Part shown: positions 35,921-44,310 of the stretch, piece after piece
How positions within the stretch are numbered: the first letter of the stretch is position 1
Layout of the letters: each line of letters starts with the position of its first letter
Assembly: GCA_045533335.1 (NCBI GenBank)
Contig: JAZSHQ010000055.1
Coordinates: 1,713-65,712, forward strand
Length of the DNA stretch: 64,000 nucleotides
Direction: 5' to 3'
Source: Eubacteriales bacterium
Lineage (GTDB): Bacteria; Bacillota; Clostridia; Oscillospirales; CAG-382
Translations under genes and position numbers: made by a program
The notes under the pieces: model-generated
Databases searched by the model: none
What the model was told of the DNA's origin: nothing
The model's input: only the letters and a program-made list of their open reading frames with translations

Positions 35921-37114
35921 ATGTTTTACGAAAAGTTACCCGAAGAGGTTGAAAACAAGATAAAATACGACCGCGCGCACGGCACTCTCCCCCGCGTTGC
36001 GTTCAGAAGCATTAATGCTTCGCGCCGCGACCCCGACCACGACCAAGCCACGATTTTGCGTAGCGCGTTCGTGCGCGATGCCGAAAAAATTCTGCATTGT
36101 CCCTATTATAACCGCTATGCCGACAAAACGCAAGTTTTTTCGTTCTATAAAAACGACGATATTACAAGACGCGCGCTGCACGTTCAGCTGGTTTCGCGTA
36201 TTGCACGCACTATCGGGCAGGCGTTGAATCTTAACCCCGACCTTATCGAGGCGATCGCGCTCGGGCACGATATAGGTCATACCCCCTTCGGCCACAAGGG
36301 CGAAACCTATCTCGACGAGCTCTATTCCCTGCACACGGGCAGGCGTTTTTCGCACAATATCCATTCGGTGCGCGTGCTCGATAAAATATTCCCTCTCAAC
36401 CTCACATTGCAAACGTTAAACGGTATTGCCGCGCACGACGGCGAAATGGAGCTTGAGATATACACACCGATGCCGCTCGACAACTTTTTAGAGTTCGACA
36501 ACCAAATCGAAGCCTGCTATGCCGACAAAGCGAACGTAAAACGCCTTGTCCCCGCCACGCTCGAGGGCTGTGTCGTGCGTATTTCGGATATTATCGCATA
36601 CCTCGGAAAGGATAGGCAGGACGCCGAAAAGGCAAAGCTTAACGAAAGCGAAAGTTTCGATGACGGCGCGATAGGTAAGCACAATTCCGAAATTATAAAC
36701 AATATGACGGTAAACATTGTCGCGCACAGCTACGGAAAGCCTTATATTAAAATGGACGAAGCGCATTTCGCCGCGCTGAAAAAGGCAAAGACCGATAATT
36801 ACGAGCAGATCTATACCACCAAAGCCGTCGAGGAGATGCTTAACAACACCGTCCGCCCGATGATGCGCGAGCTTTACGAGCGTTTGCTTTGCGATTTGAT
36901 AAACAAAAATACCCAATCGCCGATTTTTACCCACCATATCGCGGTAGTGGACAAGCCATACTATAAACGTGCAGTTCCCTATTGCGAAACCGAGCCGAAT
37001 TTGATAGTTGTCGATTATATCGCAAGTATGACAGACGATTATTTTGTCGACCTTTATTCGCACCTGTTTAAAGACAGCAATTTAAGCATTAAATATAAAG
37101 GATATTTCGATTAG
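35921..37114 (+). CDS. HD-domain dNTP triphosphohydrolase-like protein (dGTPase family)
   Basis: RRALHVQLVSRIARTIG and ALGHDIGHTPFGHKGE are dGTPase-family motifs. The start is ATG 35921 (MFYEKL), with GTG 35912 as the alternative. Confidence 0.85.
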   Translation: MFYEKLPEEVENKIKYDRAHGTLPRVAFRSINASRRDPDHDQATILRSAFVRDAEKILHCPYYNRYADKTQVFSFYKNDDITRRALHVQLVSRIARTIGQALNLNPDLIEAIALGHDIGHTPFGHKGETYLDELYSLHTGRRFSHNIHSVRVLDKIFPLNLTLQTLNGIAAHDGEMELEIYTPMPLDNFLEFDNQIEACYADKANVKRLVPATLEGCVVRISDIIAYLGKDRQDAEKAKLNESESFDDGAIGKHNSEIINNMTVNIVAHSYGKPYIKMDEAHFAALKKAKTDNYEQIYTTKAVEEMLNNTVRPMMRELYERLLCDLINKNTQSPIFTHHIAVVDKPYYKRAVPYCETEPNLIVVDYIASMTDDYFVDLYSHLFKDSNLSIKYKGYFD

Positions 37115-37119
37115 GATCT

Positions 37120-37746
37120 ATGAAAAAATGCGTTATCGTCGGCGGTGCGCCGATAGCCGATTACGGCTTTATAAACAAGCGTCTTAATAAACAAGACTTT
37201 TATATTTTCTGCGATTCGGGGCTTAAGCATTTAGACGGTTTGGGTGTTGCCCCAAACCTTATCGTCGGCGATTTCGATTCCTATAAAAACCCGAACAGCG
37301 AAGCAGAAACGATAGTTCTCCCACGCGAAAAGGACGATACCGATACCTTTTTTGCAATAAAAGAGGCAATACGGCGCGGGTTTGACGATTTTTTGCTTAT
37401 CGGCGCGCTCGGCAAACGCTTCGACCATACTCTCGGGAATATTTCGGCACTTTTGTATTTGCACGCTTTAGGCAAAAGCGCGAGCATTATCGACGATTAT
37501 TCCGAGCTTGAAATAGTTTCAAACAAAACGGCATTTGTCCAAGACAGCTACCCCTATTTTTCTCTGCTTGCTATCGACGGTACTGCAAAGGGAATAACCG
37601 TAAAAAACGCAAAATTTCCGCTTGAAAACGCCGAAATTTCACCCGAATACCAATACGGCATAAGCAACGAGGTAATAAAGAGCAAAACCGCCGAAATAAG
37701 CGTAAAAGAAGGTAAATTGCTGCTTGTTAAGGTTATAAAGGAATAA
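37120..37746 (+). CDS. thiN: Thiamine diphosphokinase
   Basis: 208 aa with the motifs FCDSGL, VGDFDS and EKDDTD, and a C-terminal thiamine-binding domain. Confidence 0.85.
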   Translation: MKKCVIVGGAPIADYGFINKRLNKQDFYIFCDSGLKHLDGLGVAPNLIVGDFDSYKNPNSEAETIVLPREKDDTDTFFAIKEAIRRGFDDFLLIGALGKRFDHTLGNISALLYLHALGKSASIIDDYSELEIVSNKTAFVQDSYPYFSLLAIDGTAKGITVKNAKFPLENAEISPEYQYGISNEVIKSKTAEISVKEGKLLLVKVIKE

Positions 37747-37750
37747 AGAA

Positions 37751-37786
37751 AACGGTTGCAATAATACGTTGCAACCGTTATTTTTG
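37751..37786. terminator. Rho-independent terminator between convergent units
   Basis: The stem AACGGTTGCA / TGCAACCGTT is followed by ATTTTTGTTTT. Confidence 0.8.
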
Positions 37787-37788
37787 TT

Positions 37789-38322
37789 TTATTGCTCGGT
37801 GTTCAAATCGACCAATTCGTAATATTTCGAATTATACGTAAGCAAGGGGGTCGTGGGGTGTGTTTTTGTTACCACAACATAGAATATATCGCCCACGCTG
37901 TTCGTATTGGTTTCTCCGTAAGTAACGAGCACTCTTCCACACTTTTCGAGATAAATTGCGTGCTGCACGTTGACCGATGCATAATTTCCGTACAGTCTTA
38001 CCTTCATTTTTTCTTCGGGAGCGACCCGTTCGACCTTATCGGTAATAATCATCAATTCGCCGTTTTTCAGCATTTTCATTACACTAGAGTAATTTAAACA
38101 GCCTATCACAAGAAAAAGAACGGCAAAGAAATAAAGCACCACGCTTAATACCGTTTCATCTATAATTAACGCCAAAATTGTAAATAAAACGCTCATTAAA
38201 GGGCACGCCCAAATCGATTGCTTTGCCGGCTTTTCGAAATGATCATATATCATTTTCGGAGTTATTTTTCTCTTGCCGTCGGAATAGTCGCTTTTTGTGC
38301 TGTCGCTTTTGTAGTTTCCCAT
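37789..38322 (-). CDS. Hypothetical two-TM membrane protein, paralogue B (C-terminus YNSKYYELVDLNTEQ)
   Basis: 177 aa with a Lys-rich N-terminus, two TM helices and a ~100-aa C-terminal domain. It is a clear paralogue of 38335-38895. GC is lower than in the neighbours (~37% in a hand-counted line). Confidence 0.7.
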   Translation of the reverse strand: MGNYKSDSTKSDYSDGKRKITPKMIYDHFEKPAKQSIWACPLMSVLFTILALIIDETVLSVVLYFFAVLFLVIGCLNYSSVMKMLKNGELMIITDKVERVAPEEKMKVRLYGNYASVNVQHAIYLEKCGRVLVTYGETNTNSVGDIFYVVVTKTHPTTPLLTYNSKYYELVDLNTEQ

Positions 38323-38334
38323 TTTTGCCCCTCT

Positions 38335-38895
38335 TTACTGCTCGACGGTTAAATCGACCAATTCGTAATATTTTGAATTATATGCAAACAAGGCAGTTCG
38401 CGGGTGCTTTTTGGATACTACGACGTAAAATGTATCGCCTTCGCTGTTTGTGTAGGTTTCCTGAAGCGAGATTACAACTCTGCCGCAATTGTAAAGATAC
38501 ATCGCGTGCTCCATATACGAATGTCTTCCGCGGTGTACGTATCTGTCGTCGGTAACGACGCGCTCTGCAGTATCCGTAATTATTTTATAACCGCCCTCCG
38601 CGAGCATTTTCGTGTTGCGGTAATAAACGTAAACGCTCACCATAGCAATCAAAAACGGAACGCTTAACAGCAAAATTTTAACAAACGTTGCCCATTTTTG
38701 CTCCATACCGCTGATATTTACAACAAACACGAACAACAGCATAACGAGCAAAATTGCAAATGCTACGATCATTATACCCCAAAGTTCGCCCTTGTGGGAA
38801 TTGGAAATTGCATCGTATATTTTTTTAGGCGTTATCTGCTTTTTCTTTTTGTCGTCGGGGGCAATTTCGGTGCTTTTGCTTACGTAATTAGCCAT
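38335..38895 (-). CDS. Hypothetical two-TM membrane protein, paralogue A (C-terminus YNSKYYELVDLTVEQ)
   Basis: 186 aa with the same architecture. Shared motifs are ITD.AERV, HA.YL..CGRV, ETYTNS.GD.FYVVV.K.HP and YNSKYYELVDL. Confidence 0.7.
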   Translation of the reverse strand: MANYVSKSTEIAPDDKKKKQITPKKIYDAISNSHKGELWGIMIVAFAILLVMLLFVFVVNISGMEQKWATFVKILLLSVPFLIAMVSVYVYYRNTKMLAEGGYKIITDTAERVVTDDRYVHRGRHSYMEHAMYLYNCGRVVISLQETYTNSEGDTFYVVVSKKHPRTALFAYNSKYYELVDLTVEQ

Positions 38896-38903
38896 TTGTT
38901 ACC

Positions 38904-39443
38904 TCATAACAAACAATTTATTATTTCGGTAACATTATACATTATATCCTTGCTTCCGTCAAGGGTCAGTATTTTGCACTTCAAGCCTTTTTGCCATTCA
39001 TCGTGCATCGCGCGGGAACGCATATCTGTTCCGCCGCCGTCATACCTGCCTGCCCATTCGATAAACGCGGTGTGGGTTTCATACATATCGCCGCCAATAT
39101 CGATACGGCTTCCGAAACGCTCTCTTTCCCGTAATTTCAAGCGTTTGATTCTCGTTTCGGTATCGGTAACAAGCCTTACGGCAAGCGTAAACAGCGGGAT
39201 CAGTTCATCGCCCCAGCCCGAAAGCGAGCCCGAGATAACTATATTTTCGTGCGCTTCAATATCGCGCCGCATAAGAAAAAGCCGCTCGTCTTTTTCGCGC
39301 TTGATTGTGAATTTCGGGTCGGTGGGAAGCCAGAAATAATCATCGGTATCCATAAAGAAATAGCCCGTTTCTTCGCAAAACGCACGACCGAGCGTGCTTG
39401 TGCCCGACCCCGACGCGCCGTAGATATGTATTACCGATTTCAT
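38904..39443 (-). CDS. P-loop NTPase / nucleotide-kinase-like (AAA family ATPase annotation type)
   Basis: Walker A is IYGASGSGTSTLG. The start ATG 39443 forms an ATGA overlap with the upstream HTH-TPR stop, which suggests translational coupling. Confidence 0.8.
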   Translation of the reverse strand: MKSVIHIYGASGSGTSTLGRAFCEETGYFFMDTDDYFWLPTDPKFTIKREKDERLFLMRRDIEAHENIVISGSLSGWGDELIPLFTLAVRLVTDTETRIKRLKLRERERFGSRIDIGGDMYETHTAFIEWAGRYDGGGTDMRSRAMHDEWQKGLKCKILTLDGSKDIMYNVTEIINCLL

Positions 39444-40261
39444 TCTTCGTTCCCCCGCGCGCAAAGCTCTGTCATTCTTGCTATCTGGTGCTCGAAAAAG
39501 GTTACGTAGTTTTCGTAAAAATAGTTGGCATCGGTTGTGGAATCGCCCACAATGGCTATAAGCGCAAGTGCTTTTTCGGTTTCGGCAACGGCGTTTTTAT
39601 AATCTTTCTTTTCCTCGAAGCATTCGGCAAGGTGCCACATCATTTGTATAAGGTTTTCGAACGACACCCATTTTTGCTTTTCCGCCGCCTCCTGCTTTTC
39701 CTCGCCGTTTAAAACGTAGGCGGTTTCGGTAAGGCGGGTAAAATACATTTCGGGTATCTGCTCTATCGCCATTTTCGCGCTTTGAAGGTCGCCCTTTACC
39801 TTATAGGCATAAGCCATAAAGCGCAGTGCGTCGTATTTTATGCCGTGGTCGGTCGCCTTTTCGATAAGCTTGCTTGCGATCGCTATGGCTGTATCGGGAT
39901 TGTTCGAATAATCGATAACGTAAAGCAGATTATTTAAAAGAATATCGTTTTCGGGATATTTGCGCAAGCCCTCTTCCAAAATGCGGCGACTGCGTTCGGG
40001 GTCGCTCGTGCGGTATTTATAAGCCTCATCGGCAATTTGCTCGACCTCTGCTTCGATTTCCTGCAAATTAAAATCGAAAAGCTCGTCCATCGTAACACCG
40101 AAATAGCTTGCAAGCAACGGTGCAAGCGTTATATCGGGCAGTGCAATGTTGTTTTCCCACTTGCTTACCGCCTGAAAGGATATGCCGATGCTTGTTGCGA
40201 GCTGTTCCTGCGTTATTCCGCGCTGTTTTCTTAATTCCTTTATTTTGTTGCCGATGTTCAT
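39440..40261 (-). CDS. XRE-type HTH plus TPR-repeat transcriptional regulator (RNPP-like architecture)
   Basis: 273 aa. The N-terminal HTH_3 is IKELRKQRGITQEQLATSIGISFQAVSKWEN, and the C-terminal ~200 aa are helical repeats. Confidence 0.85.
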   Translation of the reverse strand: MNIGNKIKELRKQRGITQEQLATSIGISFQAVSKWENNIALPDITLAPLLASYFGVTMDELFDFNLQEIEAEVEQIADEAYKYRTSDPERSRRILEEGLRKYPENDILLNNLLYVIDYSNNPDTAIAIASKLIEKATDHGIKYDALRFMAYAYKVKGDLQSAKMAIEQIPEMYFTRLTETAYVLNGEEKQEAAEKQKWVSFENLIQMMWHLAECFEEKKDYKNAVAETEKALALIAIVGDSTTDANYFYENYVTFFEHQIARMTELCARGNEE

Positions 40262-40292
40262 ATTTCACCCGTTTTAAAATCGTAGTTTTTAC

Positions 40293-40321
40293 AGTATAGC
40301 ATTTAATTTTTCTTTTTGCAA
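40293..40321 (-). promoter_or_regulatory. Sigma-70-type promoter (TTGCAA-17 nt-TATACT) for the HTH-TPR operon
   Basis: On the minus strand, -35 lies at 40321-40316 and -10 at 40298-40293. Confidence 0.55.
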
Positions 40322-40360
40322 TAACCTCGCAAACGACATATTTCAACTATGGGTTGAATG

Positions 40361-40389
40361 TTGACAAACCTAGCCTTCGCAGTTATAAT
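40361..40389 (+). promoter_or_regulatory. Consensus sigma-70 promoter (TTGACA-17 nt-TATAAT) for the serine-hydrolase operon
   Basis: -35 lies at 40361-40366 and -10 at 40384-40389, with an exact 17-nt spacer. Confidence 0.7.
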
Positions 40390-40458
40390 CAAAGGCAAGA
40401 TAACAGAATTTCAGCTTCCCTCGCTAGGTGAAAACATCGATTGATACGGAGTAAAAAT

Positions 40459-41367
40459 ATGCTGAACAGAGTTAACGATTACATCGAAGCATTAAAACGC
40501 GAAAACACGGGCGTAGAATCGGTTGCGCTCTGGCAGGACGGCGAATTAAAGCTTGTTCACCGCTTTGTCCCCGCAGGACCCAGACTTATTTATTCCCACA
40601 CGAAAAGCTTTATTTCCACCGCCGCAGGCATCGCGATCGACGAAGGTCTGCTTAGTCTCGACACCACCGTTTCCGAGCTTTTTCCCGAATATTCCTCGGT
40701 TATTACCGACGAGCGTGTAAAAAACATAACCCTTCGCCATTTTTTAACAATGAGCTCGGGCTTCGGGGGCGCGTTTTTAATGAGCGCAAACCGCAGAAAG
40801 CTGGAAGGCTACCCCGATTATATCGGCTATATGCTTTCGAAGGAGCTTAAATACGAATCGGGCGAAAAGTTCGTTTATTCGAACGGCGACACGCATTTGG
40901 CAGGCTGTATGGTGCAAAGGGCGTGCAAAATGCCGCTTTTGAAATATTGCTGTGACAAGATTTTCACACCGCTCGATATGGGCTTCCCCGCTTGGGAAAC
41001 CGACCCCGACGGTACTGCATTCGGCGGTAGCGGGCTTTATTTGGACATAACCGAAATGATGAAGCTCGGCGTGCTTTATCTTAACAAGGGTGTTTATAAC
41101 GGCAAGCGCGTCGTTTCCGAAAAATGGGTAAGAGAGGCGGGAAGCAAGCAGATAGACACCGGCCACGAAGCTCTTTGGCACAGCGGCTACGGTTATCAAT
41201 TCTGGCTTGTCGGTCAGCGCGAAAACGCCTTCCGTGCCGACGGCGCTTACGGTCAGTATTCGATAGTTCTGCCCGACGAAAACGCCGTCCTTGCGGTGCA
41301 AAGCTGCGAGCAAAACGACGTTGCTAAATTTACGGAAACGCTTATAAAATATACGATAGAAAAATGA
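40459..41367 (+). CDS. Beta-lactamase-fold serine hydrolase
   Basis: The SxxK motif is SHTKSF, on a class-C/PBP4*-like scaffold. The start is ATG 40459 after a GGAG SD. Confidence 0.8.
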   Translation: MLNRVNDYIEALKRENTGVESVALWQDGELKLVHRFVPAGPRLIYSHTKSFISTAAGIAIDEGLLSLDTTVSELFPEYSSVITDERVKNITLRHFLTMSSGFGGAFLMSANRRKLEGYPDYIGYMLSKELKYESGEKFVYSNGDTHLAGCMVQRACKMPLLKYCCDKIFTPLDMGFPAWETDPDGTAFGGSGLYLDITEMMKLGVLYLNKGVYNGKRVVSEKWVREAGSKQIDTGHEALWHSGYGYQFWLVGQRENAFRADGAYGQYSIVLPDENAVLAVQSCEQNDVAKFTETLIKYTIEK

Positions 41368-43208
41368 AAACACTTGTAATAACGCGAAAAAACAGCAATC
41401 TTTCCTCGCTTTTTAAAAAGCTTGGAAACTGCGATATTCTTCCGCCCGAGGAAGTAACCGAGCTTAATATATATTCCTCCGTCGCCGTTTTGGGCGGCAC
41501 GGAGGATACGCCGATTATGCTTTCGCCCTACCTGCGCGAAAGGCTCGAGCTTTTTGCCGAAAGCGGCAAGCCGATATTTTTGGAATACGTCGCATCGTTT
41601 CGCTATGTTTATTCGGCACAGCCCGAACGGCTTACCTGCCACAGGCTTGCAGCCGCGCGCGATATATGCGAAGGCATTAAGCAAAACGAGCTTTTGGACC
41701 CGCATTACAATCTGTATATCCGCCCGCATTTTCTTATGCCCGAAACCGAAATATTGCTTTATTTGCAAAAATATACCCCCGCGCACGATAAGCTCGAATC
41801 GGTCACCCAAACCGATTCCCCCGCGCTTTTTAAATATTCCAATATTCTTCAATGTGCATTCCGTTTCTGTGATTATATCAACGGCGCGTTTGCACCAAAG
41901 GCGCGTTTTGATGCACTTACGGCGTATATTTTTGATTTTCTGGGGTTAAAAGTACCCGAAATACCAAGCAAAAACGCCCTTTCGGTAAAGCGCGTGCTCG
42001 AAAAAAGCTTCGAAAACGAGCTTAACGGCTGTATCGAACGCTCGCTTGCGTTTTTGGAAAAACAGCTCGTTTCCCCCGACGGAAAATACGGCATACGCGA
42101 AGGGTTTAGCCACAACATCCACCCCGACGGAAGGCGCATAGGTGCGAACGTTGTCCGTACCGACTGCACGGGCGAGGCGGCGGGCGCGTTTATGTTTTCG
42201 CAAAACGAAAAGCTTCGAAGCATCGCGGATAATATGCTCGCGCTGTGCTACGGGCCTTTAACCGTTCACAGCGGCGAGTTCGAAAATATGGTGCGCTGGT
42301 CGGAGGAGGCGTGGGGCGTTTGCTATCAGGATGACGTTGCCCGCGCAATAATGCCGACATTGTTGGCATCCTATTTCGGTATGACCGATAAATACAAGCA
42401 AAACGCGCTGAACGCGCTTGATTTTCTTTGCAAAACAACCCCAAAGGACGGCTTGCGCCCGATGCGCACCGATATTCTTGAATTCCTGCGCGAAAACAAA
42501 TCCGTTTTCGATTTAAAGCAGGCGGAGCAGGGCTATGCAAGCGCGCACTACAACGCATATTACAGCGCGGCTTTGCTTTTGGGTTATCTTATAAGCGGCA
42601 ACGAGGAATTTAAAGCGGTTGGTGTTCGCGGTATCGAAACGCTTATGTCGCTATATCCCGAAACCGTGCGCGAGCACAGCGAAACGAGCGAGCTTTGCAG
42701 GCTTATTCTCCCCCTCGCCTTGCTTTACGGCGTTACCAAAACCGAAAAGCACAAGGAAATGCTTTACCGCGTTTTTCGCGATTTGCAAAAATACCGCCAC
42801 GAATCGGGCGGTTATGCCGAATGGGACAGCGGCTACAAGGCGGTCTGCTTTAACAACGCAGGCGGCGAATGCTCGCTCCTTGCGAAAAACGGCGACCCTG
42901 TGGCGGATTTGCTTTATTCGGTAAATTGGCTCCCGCTCGGCTTTGCCTTTGCGTTTTTAATAACGAACGACGGCTGTTTTTATCAAGCTTGGCGCGAAAT
43001 TTGCGAATTTTTTATAAAAACACAGCTTATAACCGAAAGCGCAGAAACCAACGGCGGCTGGTGCAGAGGTATCGACCTGAATCGGCTTGAATATTTCGGA
43101 ATCCCGCACGACGTCGGCTGGGGCCCCTGCTGTATCGAAACCGGCTGGACGGTTGCCGAAATAACGCTCGGTATGCTTATCGGAAAAAGAATTTTCGGTA
43201 TCGAATAA
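41364..43208 (+). CDS. Large hypothetical protein (614 aa), coupled to the serine hydrolase
   Basis: Its start overlaps the upstream stop (ATGA). It has no signal peptide. The C-terminal ~400 aa are helical-repeat-rich, possibly an alpha/alpha-toroid; I could not assign a family. Confidence 0.7.
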   Translation: MKTLVITRKNSNLSSLFKKLGNCDILPPEEVTELNIYSSVAVLGGTEDTPIMLSPYLRERLELFAESGKPIFLEYVASFRYVYSAQPERLTCHRLAAARDICEGIKQNELLDPHYNLYIRPHFLMPETEILLYLQKYTPAHDKLESVTQTDSPALFKYSNILQCAFRFCDYINGAFAPKARFDALTAYIFDFLGLKVPEIPSKNALSVKRVLEKSFENELNGCIERSLAFLEKQLVSPDGKYGIREGFSHNIHPDGRRIGANVVRTDCTGEAAGAFMFSQNEKLRSIADNMLALCYGPLTVHSGEFENMVRWSEEAWGVCYQDDVARAIMPTLLASYFGMTDKYKQNALNALDFLCKTTPKDGLRPMRTDILEFLRENKSVFDLKQAEQGYASAHYNAYYSAALLLGYLISGNEEFKAVGVRGIETLMSLYPETVREHSETSELCRLILPLALLYGVTKTEKHKEMLYRVFRDLQKYRHESGGYAEWDSGYKAVCFNNAGGECSLLAKNGDPVADLLYSVNWLPLGFAFAFLITNDGCFYQAWREICEFFIKTQLITESAETNGGWCRGIDLNRLEYFGIPHDVGWGPCCIETGWTVAEITLGMLIGKRIFGIE

Positions 43209-43230
43209 TAAAATAAACTGCGGAAAGCGT

Positions 43231-43266
43231 TGCGAGACTTCCCAAAACGGAAGTCTCGCAGTTTTA
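43231..43266 (+). terminator. Rho-independent terminator
   Basis: The stem TGCGAGACTTCC / GGAAGTCTCGCA is followed by GTTTTATT. Confidence 0.8.
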
Positions 43267-43321
43267 TTCGCCGTCATGGGGTCCCCGCAAAACACGGTTT
43301 TGTGGGGTTGTTCATTCGGCG

Positions 43322-43471
43322 AGTGATATTGCTTCGCAGTTATATTATGCTTCGCATAGTTATATTGCCTTCGGCAGTTTGAGGCGAATAAAATAACACC
43401 ACGACCGAAGGGAGTAATATAACTTTCACGAAGTGAAAATATCACTCTGTGCGTTAGTACAGAATATCACT
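43322..43471. repeat. Extragenic cluster of short TTCG/GAA-loop hairpins separated by GTTATATT-type spacers, bounded by AGTGATATT / AATATCACT inverted repeats
   Basis: Hairpins TGC-TTCG-GCA, ATGC-TTC-GCAT, TGCC-TTC-GGCA and TCAC-GAA-GTGA are present. There is long-range complementarity (GTTATATTGCCTTCGG vs CCGAAGGGAGTAATATAAC), and AATATCACT occurs twice (43438, 43463). Confidence 0.75.
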
Positions 43472-43481
43472 ATAAATAAGC

Positions 43482-43514
43482 AAAAACCTCGATGCATTTT
43501 TTCATCGAGGTTTT
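43482..43514. terminator. Bidirectional rho-independent terminator
   Basis: The sequence is AAAAACCTCGATG-cattttttc-CATCGAGGTTTT. Confidence 0.8.
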
Positions 43515-43544
43515 ATCATCCTTATGAGAAGTAACCTTTAGTTT

Positions 43545-43973
43545 TTACAGCTTTTTCTTGAAGTTTTTCTGCATTTTGTTGCTGGTATATCCGCATTTTT
43601 CGTAAAAGGCGTGTGCGCCCCTTCGGCTCTCGCCCGAAACAAGGCGTATATAAGCGGCGCCCCGCTCGCTTGCCCATTCCTCGGCTTTGTTCATAAGCGC
43701 GCGCCCGATGCCTTTACCGATATGCTCGGGCGCAACGGCGATGCCGAGAATATTTACGCCCTTTTCGGCAAACAGCAAGCCGTATTCCGCGATATGGATA
43801 TAGCCGACAACCTTCTTGTCTTCCTCTGCGACAAAAATACCTTCGTATTCCTTTTCGAGCGAGATCTTTAAATTTTCGGCGGTTTTTTCGGCAGAAAAAT
43901 CGTAACCCATAGATTTACGGTTTATTTCGCAAAGCGAATTTGCGTCCGCAACGGCGGCTTTTCTTATTACCAT
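43545..43973 (-). CDS. GNAT-family N-acetyltransferase
   Basis: 142 aa. The acetyl-CoA-binding motif is AVAPEHIGKGIGRALM. Confidence 0.85.
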   Translation of the reverse strand: MVIRKAAVADANSLCEINRKSMGYDFSAEKTAENLKISLEKEYEGIFVAEEDKKVVGYIHIAEYGLLFAEKGVNILGIAVAPEHIGKGIGRALMNKAEEWASERGAAYIRLVSGESRRGAHAFYEKCGYTSNKMQKNFKKKL

Positions 43974-44285
43974 TTACTTAAACTTAACCGCCGTGCCGTA
44001 GGCGATAACCTCTGCCGCGCCCTGCATTACGCCCGCAGAAGCAAAGCGGATATTAACTATCGCGTCCGCGCCGAGTGCCTCAGCTTCGGCGATCATACGC
44101 GAGGTTGCGATGTCGCGCGCTTCGTTCATCATCTGCGTGTATGCCTTAAGCTCGCCGCCGACAAGGGTTTTAAAGCTCTGGGTAAAATCCTTGCCGATAT
44201 GCTTGCTCTGTATCGTACTGCCGCGCACAAGACCGAGCATTTCAAGCTCCTTGCCGCTAATGTAATCTGTGTTTACTAAAATCAT
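43974..44285 (-). CDS. YbjQ-family (UPF0145) protein
   Basis: 103 aa. The sequence is typical of YbjQ throughout (GLVRGSTIQSKHIGKD, GADAIVNIRF, AYGTAVKF). Confidence 0.85.
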   Translation of the reverse strand: MILVNTDYISGKELEMLGLVRGSTIQSKHIGKDFTQSFKTLVGGELKAYTQMMNEARDIATSRMIAEAEALGADAIVNIRFASAGVMQGAAEVIAYGTAVKFK

Positions 44286-44310
44286 TGTTCATCCTCCATT
44301 TTGTAGAATT

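Noticed and set aside
35921-37114. dGTPase-family HD protein as an anti-phage dNTP-depletion gene
   Set aside because: Its composition is host-like, and it sits among housekeeping genes (thiamine diphosphokinase, an MBL hydrolase) with no island features. It is most simply the housekeeping dGTPase-like paralogue common in Firmicutes.
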